A stretch of DNA of 64,000 nucleotides from an uncultured Candidatus Saccharibacteria bacterium. Lineage in GTDB: Bacteria > Patescibacteriota > Dojkabacteria > J137. Under the pieces are notes generated by a model. It searched no databases. It was not told the DNA's origin and saw nothing but the letters and a program-made list of their open reading frames with translations. The translations under genes were made by a program, and so were the position numbers. Of the stretch, positions 9,746-21,579 are shown in pieces. How positions within the stretch are numbered: the first letter of the stretch is position 1; every line of letters begins with the position of its first letter. The DNA is taken from NCBI GenBank assembly GCA_964561155.1, contig CAZLOI010000001.1, positions 366,759 to 430,758 of the forward strand, in the 5' to 3' direction.

Positions 9746-10471
9746 ATGGCAGGTCATTCAAAGTGGAATAACATTAAACGAGTTAAAGCTTCAGAGGATT
9801 CTAAGAGAAACAAAGTCTTCACAAAACTATCCAAAGATATTTTTAATGCAGTCGCTTTGGGAGGCGGAAATGACCCAAAAATCAATACAGGACTGAAGTC
9901 TGCGATAGATCGTGCAAAATCTTACAACTTGCCCATGGACAAGATTCAAACTGCAATCAAAAAAGCTTCTGGAGAAAGAGATTCTTCAAACAGTTACGTA
10001 ACAAATATATACGAAGTTCGTTTTGAGAGTGGATTAGAGGGCTTGGTATTCTTTGAAACTACTAATGTAAACAGAACCTTTAATAATATTAGGATAGCTG
10101 TAAACAAACTAGAGGGTAAATTGTTAAGCCCTGCTTCAATAAAATGGAAGTTCCGAGAGTTCTACAAAGTCCGAATAGCGCTTCCGGAAGTTTACAATAT
10201 CGATGAACTTTATTCTCTTGATGGTCTAGAGAATATTGAATTGAACGAGGACTTGAGGAAAACGGAATTACTTCTGTTAAAGGAATCGACATTAAATATA
10301 GCTAAGTTGTACGATAAATTCCAAGATATTATGGTTGAGTCAATCTATCTTTCTGATAGTCCTATAGAAGTTTCTGATGAAGAACTTAATACAGTCATGG
10401 TAGTATTTGAAGAGCTAGAAGATTTCGAGGCAGTATTTTTTAATAATAAGTATGAAAGTTTTAGGGATTGA
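9746..10471 (+). CDS. yebC: YebC/PmpR family DNA-binding transcriptional regulator
   Basis: MAGHSKWNNIKRVKASEDSKRNK is the family signature. Precedes ruvC as in many bacteria. Confidence 0.9.
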   Translation: MAGHSKWNNIKRVKASEDSKRNKVFTKLSKDIFNAVALGGGNDPKINTGLKSAIDRAKSYNLPMDKIQTAIKKASGERDSSNSYVTNIYEVRFESGLEGLVFFETTNVNRTFNNIRIAVNKLEGKLLSPASIKWKFREFYKVRIALPEVYNIDELYSLDGLENIELNEDLRKTELLLLKESTLNIAKLYDKFQDIMVESIYLSDSPIEVSDEELNTVMVVFEELEDFEAVFFNNKYESFRD

Positions 10472-10928
10472 TGTAGGTTTTGCAATCTGTGGTTGGAGCA
10501 TAGTTGAGAAGAACGGCGCTAATATAAAGCTTATAGACTTTGGGGTTATAGAGAGCGATAAATCACTTGAGATACCAGAAAGATTAGAGATTATATATTC
10601 AGGCATTATTCAGATAATAAATAGCTTTAGCCCTACAGATATTGCGATTGAGGATATATTCTTTAGTAATAATGCGAAGACTGCAATTAATGTTGCTCAA
10701 GTAAGAGGTGTTATACTATTAGGTGCTTACCAACATAACCTGAAGATATTCAAGTATACGCCACCTCAAGTTAAGATGGCAGTAACTGGGTACGGAAGAG
10801 CTGAGAAGAAGCAGATACAAGAAATGGTTAAGAGAATTTTTAAGCTTTCACAGATACCAAAGCCTGATGATGCAGCTGATGCAGTAGCAATAGCGTATTG
10901 TCATATGAACAGTAAACAATATGATTAA
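10452..10928 (+). CDS. ruvC: crossover junction endodeoxyribonuclease RuvC
   Basis: MKVLGIDVGFAICGWSIV (catalytic Asp). EDIFFSNNAKTA. PKPDDAADAVAIAYCH. Confidence 0.9.
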   Translation: MKVLGIDVGFAICGWSIVEKNGANIKLIDFGVIESDKSLEIPERLEIIYSGIIQIINSFSPTDIAIEDIFFSNNAKTAINVAQVRGVILLGAYQHNLKIFKYTPPQVKMAVTGYGRAEKKQIQEMVKRIFKLSQIPKPDDAADAVAIAYCHMNSKQYD

Positions 10929-11460
10929 TTACATAAATGGAAAGGTAAAGTATAAATCTGGAGATTCAATCATTGTTGAGACATCAGGATTAGGCTTCAA
11001 AATAAACTTAGCTAATTCATCTAACATTCTACTTTCAAGTGAAGTAGAGCTCTGGGTGAAGGGCTACATCAAAGATGACTCATATACATACTACGGTTTT
11101 ACTTCTGAGAATGAATACACAATTTTCGAGAGGCTCATAAAGGTTGATGGAGTAGGGCCAAAGACTGCTTTAGCTATATTAGCTAAGATTCCGTTGAATG
11201 ATCTTGTATCCCTTATCTCTAAAGGCGATTACGCGAAAATCAAGAGCTATGGGATTTCAGACAAGATTGCTAAGAAATTGGTAGTAGATATGGCTAACTT
11301 AGATATAAATTTAATGAACGAATCTGATTCATTACCTAAAGAAGTAGTAGAAGGTTTAATAAACCTTGGATTCCAAAGAGAGGAGATAGTAGCTAAATTA
11401 GCTAACATTGAGCTTGGCTCAAGTGAAGAATATATTAAATTCTTTCTAAAAAATAGATGA
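10921..11460 (+). CDS. ruvA: Holliday junction branch migration protein RuvA
   Basis: HhH motifs (LIKVDGVGPKTALAIL, IKSYGISDKIAKKLV). RuvA domain III at the C-terminus. Confidence 0.88.
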   Translation: MINYINGKVKYKSGDSIIVETSGLGFKINLANSSNILLSSEVELWVKGYIKDDSYTYYGFTSENEYTIFERLIKVDGVGPKTALAILAKIPLNDLVSLISKGDYAKIKSYGISDKIAKKLVVDMANLDINLMNESDSLPKEVVEGLINLGFQREEIVAKLANIELGSSEEYIKFFLKNR

Positions 11461-12446
11461 ATAGAGGAGTAGTTTCAACAATGATAATTGAGGAGATCGA
11501 AGAAGTTATAGAGCAATCTCTAAGACCAAATTCTTTGGCCCAAATGATTGGAAGAGATAGGGAAAAAAGAAGTGTCGAAATGATGATTAATTCTGCGAAG
11601 ATAAAGAATAAGTCGATAGACCATATTCTTTTTCATGGACCTCCAGGGCTTGGAAAAACTTCTTTTGCTCATGTAATTGCAAAAGAGATGGGAGTACATA
11701 TTCATATAACTAATGGAACAGTTCTTGATAAGACTGGGGATCTTGCTGCAATACTTTCTAGTTTAGAACCAAACTCAATCCTATTCATAGACGAAATCCA
11801 TAGACTTAATGGGAGAATAGAGGAGATGCTATACCCCGCTATGGAAGACAAGGTTATAGACATAATTGTAGGGAAGGGTCCTAGTGCAAAATCATTGCGA
11901 ATTGATTTACCAGACTTCACTTTAATTGGTGCTACAACTAAGATTGCTTCAATTAGTGCGCCATTAAGAGATAGATTTGGTGCGCATTTTAGGTTGGATT
12001 TCTATTCCGACGATGAACTTGCACAGCTTATAGAGCAGAAGGCAAAGATATTAGGAGTGAAAGTAGATAAAGATGCAGCATTTTTAATGGCTAGATCCTC
12101 TAGGATGACTGCAAGAATTGCTATAAGGATATTAAAGAGAGCTATAGATATTTCAGTTGTTGATAATTCAAAGATGATTGATCTCTCTATTGTGCAGCGA
12201 ACATTAGAGCTCCTTGGAATAGATGACTCAGGCTTAGACCAAACTGATAGAAAAATAATTGAGATAATGTATTATAATTTTGATAACAAGCCTGTAGGTT
12301 TGAAGAACCTTGCAATGTCTTTGTCAGAAGATGAATCAACGATTGAAGATGTATACGAACCATACTTAATTAAGAGTGGTTATATAAAAAGAACACCAAA
12401 AGGTAGAGTTCTCACTAGTAACGGAGAGAAATTATTAATAAAATAG
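11457..12446 (+). CDS. ruvB: Holliday junction branch migration ATPase RuvB
   Basis: Walker A HGPPGLGKTSFA. Walker B LFIDEIHRL. Sensor ATTKIASISAPLRDRFG. Winged-helix C-terminus. Confidence 0.93.
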   Translation: MNRGVVSTMIIEEIEEVIEQSLRPNSLAQMIGRDREKRSVEMMINSAKIKNKSIDHILFHGPPGLGKTSFAHVIAKEMGVHIHITNGTVLDKTGDLAAILSSLEPNSILFIDEIHRLNGRIEEMLYPAMEDKVIDIIVGKGPSAKSLRIDLPDFTLIGATTKIASISAPLRDRFGAHFRLDFYSDDELAQLIEQKAKILGVKVDKDAAFLMARSSRMTARIAIRILKRAIDISVVDNSKMIDLSIVQRTLELLGIDDSGLDQTDRKIIEIMYYNFDNKPVGLKNLAMSLSEDESTIEDVYEPYLIKSGYIKRTPKGRVLTSNGEKLLIK

Positions 12447-12449
12447 AAT

Positions 12450-13595
12450 ATGCTAGCAAGAATGAGTACAAGACAAAGAGCTATATTTGGAGCCTTATTC
12501 CTAGGAGTAATAACCTTCATGGTAATCTCTGGTTTCTTTCAATTTGTAATTAGTTTCTTGTTACCACCAAGTTCCCCAACAAATGTAAGGGTAGAGGAGC
12601 GATACGGTGAGGTTTCCTTTACTTGGGACAAGGTTCAGGAATTTGATGTTGAAAACTACAGAATCTATGTGGATAACTCAGAGTATGTGAAACTTAGAAA
12701 TGATGTAGGAAACTACTTAATAACTGAGCTTGACTTGAATCAAAAGAATAACATTGAGCTTGTTGCAACTGACTCTACTGGTCGAGACTCCTCAAGGATA
12801 TCATACACAACATCTGGCAATGGTTCTCAGATAAGTGAGTTCCTTAATCCATTCGATGCCCAAGCAGTAAGCCTTAGAGACAACGTGATTTATTCATTAG
12901 TATTATCAGTGATCATTCTAATGATTAACTCATGGGTTCTATTCTTTAATCATTCAAGTAAAAGCTTCTCAGTTACAGGAGTGTACCCTTCAATAGCGCT
13001 TTTCCCTTTCTTTATTCTAGGATTCACATTGTTTGATAGTATCAACAACCAGGTAGCGAGGTTGGTACTAGTTCTAGCAATGTCAGCAGTGTTTGCTGTA
13101 TTAGGCTATATAACACTTTTAACAAACAATATCCTACACGGATCTATAAAGATGCAATTGCCACTAGAGCAGGCTGCAAAGGCAGTACAGTTCATTTTCT
13201 CATTGCTTTCAACATATCTGATTATGATCTTTGTCTTGGGAGCAGATATAGATATCTTTAGAAGGTTAGTATTCATACTACCTTTCATTTTCTATTACTC
13301 ATACTCATCTATCTGGTTCTTGAGACACTTAAGAAAGAAAGATGTCTTTAACAAGAGTATATTGCTTACTTTGTTAGTAGGATTATCGATAGTAGTAGTG
13401 GCAGTATGGCCTATAGATAGCGTGTATTCGATACTTTTCTCTGCTGTGGTCTACTACATTCTCCTCAATGTAGCTTTAGAAAACAGAAAAAAGATCCCTT
13501 ACGGATACTGGGTAGAGTACCTAGTATTAATTTCTCTCGCAATATTCATATTATTCACCACAGCATTCTGGGGAATAAACGGCAGCATTATTTAG
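12450..13595 (+). CDS. polytopic membrane protein with N-terminal TM plus FN3-like extracytoplasmic domain, unknown function
   Basis: TM near residues 10-35. FN3-like PTNVRVEERYGEVSFTWDKV...YRIYVDN. Then about 7 hydrophobic helices. Confidence 0.55.
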   Translation: MLARMSTRQRAIFGALFLGVITFMVISGFFQFVISFLLPPSSPTNVRVEERYGEVSFTWDKVQEFDVENYRIYVDNSEYVKLRNDVGNYLITELDLNQKNNIELVATDSTGRDSSRISYTTSGNGSQISEFLNPFDAQAVSLRDNVIYSLVLSVIILMINSWVLFFNHSSKSFSVTGVYPSIALFPFFILGFTLFDSINNQVARLVLVLAMSAVFAVLGYITLLTNNILHGSIKMQLPLEQAAKAVQFIFSLLSTYLIMIFVLGADIDIFRRLVFILPFIFYYSYSSIWFLRHLRKKDVFNKSILLTLLVGLSIVVVAVWPIDSVYSILFSAVVYYILLNVALENRKKIPYGYWVEYLVLISLAIFILFTTAFWGINGSII

Positions 13596-14023
13596 TAGAG
13601 TGACCTTAAAAAGGACAAAAACAAGGTCTTACTAAGTATAAGGTGCATTATACTCAGTAAGATTGACTCCTTCCTATCCTACTCTTTGAGCTTAAAAAAG
13701 CCCTCTACTCAATTAATATTTTAATTTTCTAAAATATTTTTCAAACTACTTTTAATTAATTATTAATTCCTTATTTTCACTACTTTCAATAATTCTTCCC
13801 TTTTTCTCTATTCTTGATATGCTCCTTCTTATTAACCTTACCTGTATTGAATATAGCCTCTGCTCTGCCTCGGGAACGCTTATCTAGTAAGGGATATAGC
13901 TATGTTAGAGATATTGCTAACTATAATTTAAGAGAATACATATAGTATAAATCCTAGTATTCAGTAGTGGGTTAAAGGATGCATAAATATGGGGTTTAAA
14001 TGCGTTTTAAGGCGTCTTGAGTA

Positions 14024-14554
14024 TTAAAGCTGAGTGTTAGTACCTCCCAAGAAATGAGCTAAGGTATCAGTTGCATGAAATTGACTCGGAACGTGAAGGA
14101 AATCAAAATATATTTTTGATTTTAGATCTTTAGGTAACTTTGAAATATATTCGTTAAGTTTATATGAAAATAAATTACAATAATTATTTCCCATTCCAGT
14201 ATTTTTTAATTTAAAAGAAATAGGAATTAACTTAGGATTCTTTAAATAAATATTTTCATAATATGAATTAAACTTATACGAAGGTTCTTGAGCTATATCT
14301 TTGTTTCTAAATTTATTCTTACAAACAAGTTCGATTCTGATTTCGTTATTGTTTCTTCCTGAATAATCTCCAATAGCTATTATGTGTAAAGGTTCCGTTG
14401 TGGTATTTATAGTCTCTAAAACAGGAGAAATTATCTGATTACAACTCTCTAAAGTCAATGTGGATAACTCAATAGAGGTGTAGAGAGTGGAAAGACTAGA
14501 AAAGGCAGTCCGGTGTATCGAACTGCCCTTAAAGAATACAAGTAACTTTTTCAT
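14024..14554 (-). CDS. pcp: pyroglutamyl-peptidase I-like (peptidase C15) protein
   Basis: IIAIGDYSGRNNNEIRIELVCKN, NNYCNLFSY (Cys) and DFLHVPS (His) parallel the C15 catalytic blocks (GQAGGR..ITLERVAIN, GTYLCN, FIHVP). Shorter (176 aa) than typical. Confidence 0.45.
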   Translation of the reverse strand: MKKLLVFFKGSSIHRTAFSSLSTLYTSIELSTLTLESCNQIISPVLETINTTTEPLHIIAIGDYSGRNNNEIRIELVCKNKFRNKDIAQEPSYKFNSYYENIYLKNPKLIPISFKLKNTGMGNNYCNLFSYKLNEYISKLPKDLKSKIYFDFLHVPSQFHATDTLAHFLGGTNTQL

Positions 14555-17223
14555 TAGACTATAGCAACTGCTGCTACTTTGTCTCCATCCTTAATTCTGA
14601 TTAGTATAACTCCTGTAGTCTGTCTACCTCTTAATGGTAGGTTATTAGTTGGAATCTTAATACCTTGTCCCTTTGTACTTAGGATTAATAGTTCCTTTTC
14701 AGGGTGATCAAGAATTCTTGCTACAACTAGTTTTCCAGTCTTTGAATTTACCTTTGCTGCAAATATACCAGAACCACCTCTATTCTGAACTGTAAATTGT
14801 GGAAGCTCAGTCATCTTACCGAATCCATTTTCAGATACAGTTAACATGAATGTTTCTGACTTCCGAACCACGTCCATAGAGATTACTACATCTGATTCCT
14901 TCATCTTGATTCCTCGAACACCTTGTGATGATCTACCAGTCTCTCTAACATCAGTTTCCTTGAAGTGAATTGATTTAGCATCTTGAGTTACAAGAATAAC
15001 AGTATTCTCACCTGTTGTTGGTTTAACCCAGATTAGCTCATCGTTATCAGTTAGAGTAATTGCAATCAAGCCATTAGCTCTAATATTATCGTATTCAGTT
15101 AATGTAGTTTTCTTAACAACTCCCTTCTTAGTAGCCATCATCAAGAACTTATAGTCTTTACCATGATTCTCTCTCTTCTCTTCTCCTTCTTGTAATTCTT
15201 CTTCATCAAGAATATGACCAGCTGCGCTTCTAGTTAAGACACTTGTTACGAGTTCGTTATTTGATATATTGATTAAGTTTACAACAGGTAAACCCTTTGC
15301 TGTTCGCTGATATTCAGGTATTTCATGTACCTTCAAAGCATATACTTTACCCAAATTTGTAAAGAATAGTATCTCGTCGTGAGTCTGACAGCTGAATACG
15401 TGTCTGATAGAGTCATCTTCCTTTGCAGTTATAGCAATTTTGCCTGTACCACCTCGGTGTTGAACTGTATAAGAATCACTCTTTATTCTTTTAATGTATC
15501 CTTGAGTACTGATCATTACAAATGCAGATTCGTTTGCTATAAGATCTTCCTGACTAAATTCATCTACGTCTCCTTTGAAAACCTTTGTCTTTCTTTCATC
15601 TCCGAACTTATCTTTAATTTCTTTCAATTCATCCTTAACAATAGTTAATACTGATTCAGGTGAATGAAGTATCTCGATAATCTCCTTAATTCTTTGCTTG
15701 ATCTCTTTGTATTCATTCTCAATCTTTTCTCTCTCAAGAGCAGCTAGCTTTCGTAACTGCATATCCAAGATTGCCTGTGCCTGAATTTCAGAAAGCTTGA
15801 ATTTCTTCATCAAGTTTTCCTTTGCTGAATCAGCATCTGCAGACTTTCTAATAAGTGCGATAACTTCATCTAAGTGATCAAGAGCGATCATTAAACCTTC
15901 TAGAATATGTTCTCTTTCTTTTGCCTTACCAAGTTCATGTTCAAATCTTCTAATTACAACTTCTTGTCTATGGGAAACGAAGTGTTCCAAATACTCTCGA
16001 AGAGTTAGTAATCTAGGCTCTCCATTAACCAATGCAAGCATATTAGCGTTGAATGATTTCTGAAGTTCTGTGTACTTGTACAATTGATTCTCAACTGTCT
16101 TTGGTTTTGCTTCCTTCTTTAACTCAACAACGATTCTAATTCCTTCTCTGTTAGACTCATCTCTTAAATCAGATATCCCCTCTACTTTCTTGTCTTTATA
16201 CAATTGAGCAATCTTTGCTAATAGCATAGATTTATTTACCTGGTATGGTAGCTCTGTAATGATTATTCTAAATCGACCACCCTTCATCTCTTCAATGTGA
16301 GACACAGCTCTCATAACTATTCCTCCTCTACCCGTTTCATAAACAGATTCAATGTTTTTTTGATTAAACATGTGAGCACCTGTAGGGAAGTCTGGACCTT
16401 TAATATCCTTCATTAATTCCTTAATATCTATTTCAGATAAGAATTTATGGAATCTTTCCTTTGGTAACTTTTGGATATCATCGATTGTTAAAACATCTTT
16501 GTTGTAGTCAATCTTTAGCTTTGTAACATTGTCAAAATTCCAAAGGTTTCCATTATCAATCGTTCGTATAGTTGCGTTAATAACCTCAGTTAGATTGTGT
16601 GGAGGTATCTTTGTAGCCATACCAACAGCGATACCTTCAGTACCGTTTATTAGTAAGTTAGGAATTGCAGTTGGTAAAACTACAGGTTCAACTTCGTTAC
16701 CATCGTAGTTTGGAATATAATCGACTGTATTCTCTACTCCTTCAAGCATCTTGGCTCCAAGCTTTGCAAGCCTTGCTTCGATATATCTGGCAGCAGCAGC
16801 AGGGTCTCCGTCAATAGATCCATAGTTACCCTGTCCTTCAACTAGAACGTATCTCATGTTGAAATCTTGAGCCATTCTTACCAATGCGTCGTTAATAGAA
16901 GCATCTCCGTGAGGATGGTATTTACCCATGGTGTCTCCTGAGATTCTTGCTACTTTTTTGTATGCAGAACCAGGCATAACACCCATCTTGTACATTGAAT
17001 ACAAGATTCTTCTATGAACAGGTTTTAAACCATCTCTAACATCTGGTAATGCTCTAGCGACAATAACGCTCATTGCGTAACTGATGTAGCTTTGTTTTAG
17101 TTCTGTTACGATATCTTGATTCTGAATGTTCTTCGTCTCAAGATGAACTCTTTCTTCTGTAACAACCTCTGGCTGAGTATCTTGTGTATCTAATGTTGGT
17201 TCTTCTGTGTTTTCGTTTTCCAT
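14554..17223 (-). CDS. gyrA: DNA gyrase subunit A
   Basis: AMSVIVARALPDVRDGLKPVHRRILYSM. Active-site Tyr region. C-terminal beta-pinwheel repeats. 889 aa. Follows gyrB. Confidence 0.95.
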   Translation of the reverse strand: MENENTEEPTLDTQDTQPEVVTEERVHLETKNIQNQDIVTELKQSYISYAMSVIVARALPDVRDGLKPVHRRILYSMYKMGVMPGSAYKKVARISGDTMGKYHPHGDASINDALVRMAQDFNMRYVLVEGQGNYGSIDGDPAAAARYIEARLAKLGAKMLEGVENTVDYIPNYDGNEVEPVVLPTAIPNLLINGTEGIAVGMATKIPPHNLTEVINATIRTIDNGNLWNFDNVTKLKIDYNKDVLTIDDIQKLPKERFHKFLSEIDIKELMKDIKGPDFPTGAHMFNQKNIESVYETGRGGIVMRAVSHIEEMKGGRFRIIITELPYQVNKSMLLAKIAQLYKDKKVEGISDLRDESNREGIRIVVELKKEAKPKTVENQLYKYTELQKSFNANMLALVNGEPRLLTLREYLEHFVSHRQEVVIRRFEHELGKAKEREHILEGLMIALDHLDEVIALIRKSADADSAKENLMKKFKLSEIQAQAILDMQLRKLAALEREKIENEYKEIKQRIKEIIEILHSPESVLTIVKDELKEIKDKFGDERKTKVFKGDVDEFSQEDLIANESAFVMISTQGYIKRIKSDSYTVQHRGGTGKIAITAKEDDSIRHVFSCQTHDEILFFTNLGKVYALKVHEIPEYQRTAKGLPVVNLINISNNELVTSVLTRSAAGHILDEEELQEGEEKRENHGKDYKFLMMATKKGVVKKTTLTEYDNIRANGLIAITLTDNDELIWVKPTTGENTVILVTQDAKSIHFKETDVRETGRSSQGVRGIKMKESDVVISMDVVRKSETFMLTVSENGFGKMTELPQFTVQNRGGSGIFAAKVNSKTGKLVVARILDHPEKELLILSTKGQGIKIPTNNLPLRGRQTTGVILIRIKDGDKVAAVAIV

Positions 17224-17226
17224 ATT

Positions 17227-19155
<1,929 letters not shown>

Positions 19156-19184
19156 CTAAAGATGCCAAATTTTGAACAATGTAA

Positions 19185-19694
19185 TTAGGTTATTGGAGGA
19201 AGTTTCCTATAGGATATGTAGATATTAGGAATATTGGATACTACCAAAGATTTATAGAGTTCACCTATCAATTGTTCTGAAGGTTCAATGTGATGAATCT
19301 CAAAGAAATTGTATTCCTCTACCCCATCTGGACGTAGGGTTTTTATGAGCAACGCTACCTTCCCTTCGACAGTTAGTTTTATTAGCTCTCTTTTAATTCG
19401 ATTGAATGTTTCCACTAGATATCTTTCTGAAGTGAAAGTATCTGAAATCTCAAGGCTCAATTCATCGATAAATGGAGATTCAGATATAGTATCCCAAGGG
19501 AAGCTTCTGAAACCTGCTGCGTAAACTATATAGTTCAAAACTAGATTTAAGCTCACAGCTTGTGACTTAAAACGGTTCATACTGGGATCGTTTTGGGATA
19601 ATAAATCAAAAACTGAATTGATAGTTTTCTCCAACCATTCAGGCTGATAACTCTCTGAAGGTATTGTGAAATCAGCGAATACAGGTATGTTCAT
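19185..19694 (-). CDS. hypothetical protein immediately upstream of gyrB
   Basis: 169-aa ORF with no recognisable motif. Sits in the slot often held by a DUF721/DciA-like gene before gyrB. This is positional inference only. Confidence 0.45.
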   Translation of the reverse strand: MNIPVFADFTIPSESYQPEWLEKTINSVFDLLSQNDPSMNRFKSQAVSLNLVLNYIVYAAGFRSFPWDTISESPFIDELSLEISDTFTSERYLVETFNRIKRELIKLTVEGKVALLIKTLRPDGVEEYNFFEIHHIEPSEQLIGELYKSLVVSNIPNIYISYRKLPPIT

Positions 19695-19758
19695 ATGTTG
19701 TCAAAACTGAATGACAAATATTAACACGGGTCACTTGGTTCTGTCAGTTCTTGGCGAC

Positions 19759-20916
19759 TTATTTCAAATAAAACTCAGAAGGTGATTCCCAGGCAACCTG
19801 GCTTGAGTTTAAGAAGTTATGATGGAAAATTGTTACTACGCAGGTAGATAGAACTAGAAGAATAACGAGGATTATCTTAGTAGTAAAGGATATTCTGTTG
19901 TTAAGAAAGTAAAGGAATGGTAACAATACCAAAGGAATTATAGGCATAAGAACTCTACCCGAAACAATAAAGTCACTAATCTTTCCCTCAAAGAAGTTGT
20001 AAGGGTACATTGAATACAGAAGAACTACTGTAGCGACAGGTAGTATAACTGCCCATTTAAGTCTGTGTTTGAATAATGGTAGTCCAAGAAGCATAAAAGG
20101 ATAAACTGTTAAGAGAAGCATCAGGTACCTAGGTAAGTTATGTACTATGTTTGCAAGATCAAAGACTTCTTCACTAGATAAGCTATAGCCTGATGCAAAG
20201 AATGAACCATATAAATCTTTGTTTATAAGCATTATGATTGCTCCAATAGGTATTGCACCAGCTGCTATGTATACCACTCTCTTGTACTCCTTGTTATATA
20301 TAGCGTATCCAAGAGTAAATGCGAAAAAGATTAGTAGATTTGTATACCTTATTAATGTTGCAAACCCTATTATTAGGCCTGCAAGTATATTCCAAGCTAC
20401 TCTATTCCTTGATTTAATGAATACATAGAGAAATAGGTTGATAAAAAGCAGAGAAAAAGTTTCTGAAAACAGTGTTCTTGAGAAGTAAATAAAAGGTGGA
20501 TAAAAGATGTATAAGATAACTAAAAATTCATTCAATTCTAGTAATCTTATAATCCTGCTAAAGATTATCGCGCTTAGGATAAAACTTAGGAATACAATAA
20601 CAAACGCGTATTGTTCCCCTAAGATAATGCTTGGAGTTAGTAAGAGAGATGCTCCTAGGTTATATTTAGAGACACACTCCCCTGTTTTTGATTCGTGTAG
20701 TCCTGGATACTCCGAAATATTGCTACAAGGAGTCTCAAGCTTTCCAGAAAGTATTCTTACACTATTGGCAAGATATTGATTCTCATCTATAGAGATATAC
20801 TTGGTTGGATAGAAGATTAGGAACAAAAGTGTAAGGAAAGTTATTCCCGCTATTAAGTACTTATTTGCTTTTAAGATTTTAACTAAGCTCTCCTTCATGC
20901 TGCTATTGTACAACAA
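19759..20916 (-). CDS. GT-C fold membrane glycosyltransferase-like protein (ArnT/PMT_2-like), paralog of the gene at 62289-64000
   Basis: About 10 TM helices. First extracytoplasmic loop carries a DE motif (ISIDENQYLANSVRILSG), as in ArnT/PMT-family GT-C enzymes. Shares YGSFFASGYSLSSEEVFDLANIVHNL with YGTFLASGYSTLRGEDFVSTSNILNIL of the 62289 ORF. Confidence 0.5.
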   Translation of the reverse strand: MLYNSSMKESLVKILKANKYLIAGITFLTLLFLIFYPTKYISIDENQYLANSVRILSGKLETPCSNISEYPGLHESKTGECVSKYNLGASLLLTPSIILGEQYAFVIVFLSFILSAIIFSRIIRLLELNEFLVILYIFYPPFIYFSRTLFSETFSLLFINLFLYVFIKSRNRVAWNILAGLIIGFATLIRYTNLLIFFAFTLGYAIYNKEYKRVVYIAAGAIPIGAIIMLINKDLYGSFFASGYSLSSEEVFDLANIVHNLPRYLMLLLTVYPFMLLGLPLFKHRLKWAVILPVATVVLLYSMYPYNFFEGKISDFIVSGRVLMPIIPLVLLPFLYFLNNRISFTTKIILVILLVLSTCVVTIFHHNFLNSSQVAWESPSEFYLK

Positions 20917-20976
20917 AAACTATAGATAAAAGAAACCCCTGCTTGCACAGGGGTCATATTACTTCTTGAAAGTATT

Positions 20977-21570
20977 TTAATCTTCTCTTCTTTTCTTTTT
21001 ATTACTCTCCATTACTGCTTCTATTCTATGCTTGATTCCCATTTCAAGTTCTCCAATAACTGGGATACTGTAAACTACTATAGCTGTTATTAGAGTTGCC
21101 ATAATACTTACTAGAACACCTTTATTAGCTTCATTAATTGCCTCTGCTGGAATATAAGCAACGCTTTTCCCTTCCTCCTCTACAACATAGTATGACTCAG
21201 TCGCATTTCTACCTTCAGTATAGAATTGAACGTTTTGCTCTATAAAAGCAAATCCAGTACAAACGAATACAACCATAACAACAACCAAAGTCTCGATGAT
21301 CAAAACGAATTCGTTGTCTTCCATTTCCTCTCTCTTACTTCTCCATTTAGCTAGTCTTTCAACGTTAGTCTTAAGAGTTAGGATTATAGATCTGTAGATT
21401 AAGATGAAAAGGATTGCGTACATTGTCATTCTGAAAATTATCTTGATCACTTCATCAGTAATCATATCCTCTCCAGCCTTTAGATTTGGAACTGTAGCTA
21501 ACCAGTAAACAAGGAATCCAAAAATAACTGTACTTCCCCAAGTGTATAACATGAACGCTAGTTTTCTCAT
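20977..21570 (-). CDS. membrane protein (possibly VanZ-like)
   Basis: 4-5 hydrophobic helices. FAFIEQNVQFYTEGRNATESYY loosely resembles the VanZ DE.HQ...R block. Weak. Confidence 0.35.
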   Translation of the reverse strand: MRKLAFMLYTWGSTVIFGFLVYWLATVPNLKAGEDMITDEVIKIIFRMTMYAILFILIYRSIILTLKTNVERLAKWRSKREEMEDNEFVLIIETLVVVMVVFVCTGFAFIEQNVQFYTEGRNATESYYVVEEEGKSVAYIPAEAINEANKGVLVSIMATLITAIVVYSIPVIGELEMGIKHRIEAVMESNKKKRRED

Positions 21571-21579
21571 TTTATTTAT

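Noticed and set aside
13596-14023. tmRNA, RNase P RNA or SRP RNA in the long spacer
   Set aside because: No tRNA-like 3' end (GGTTCGA...CCA), no RNase P P4 consensus (AGGAAAGTCCGGGCTCC), and no SRP domain-IV motif (GGUCCGGAAGGAAGCAGCC) could be found by eye. It stays unassigned.
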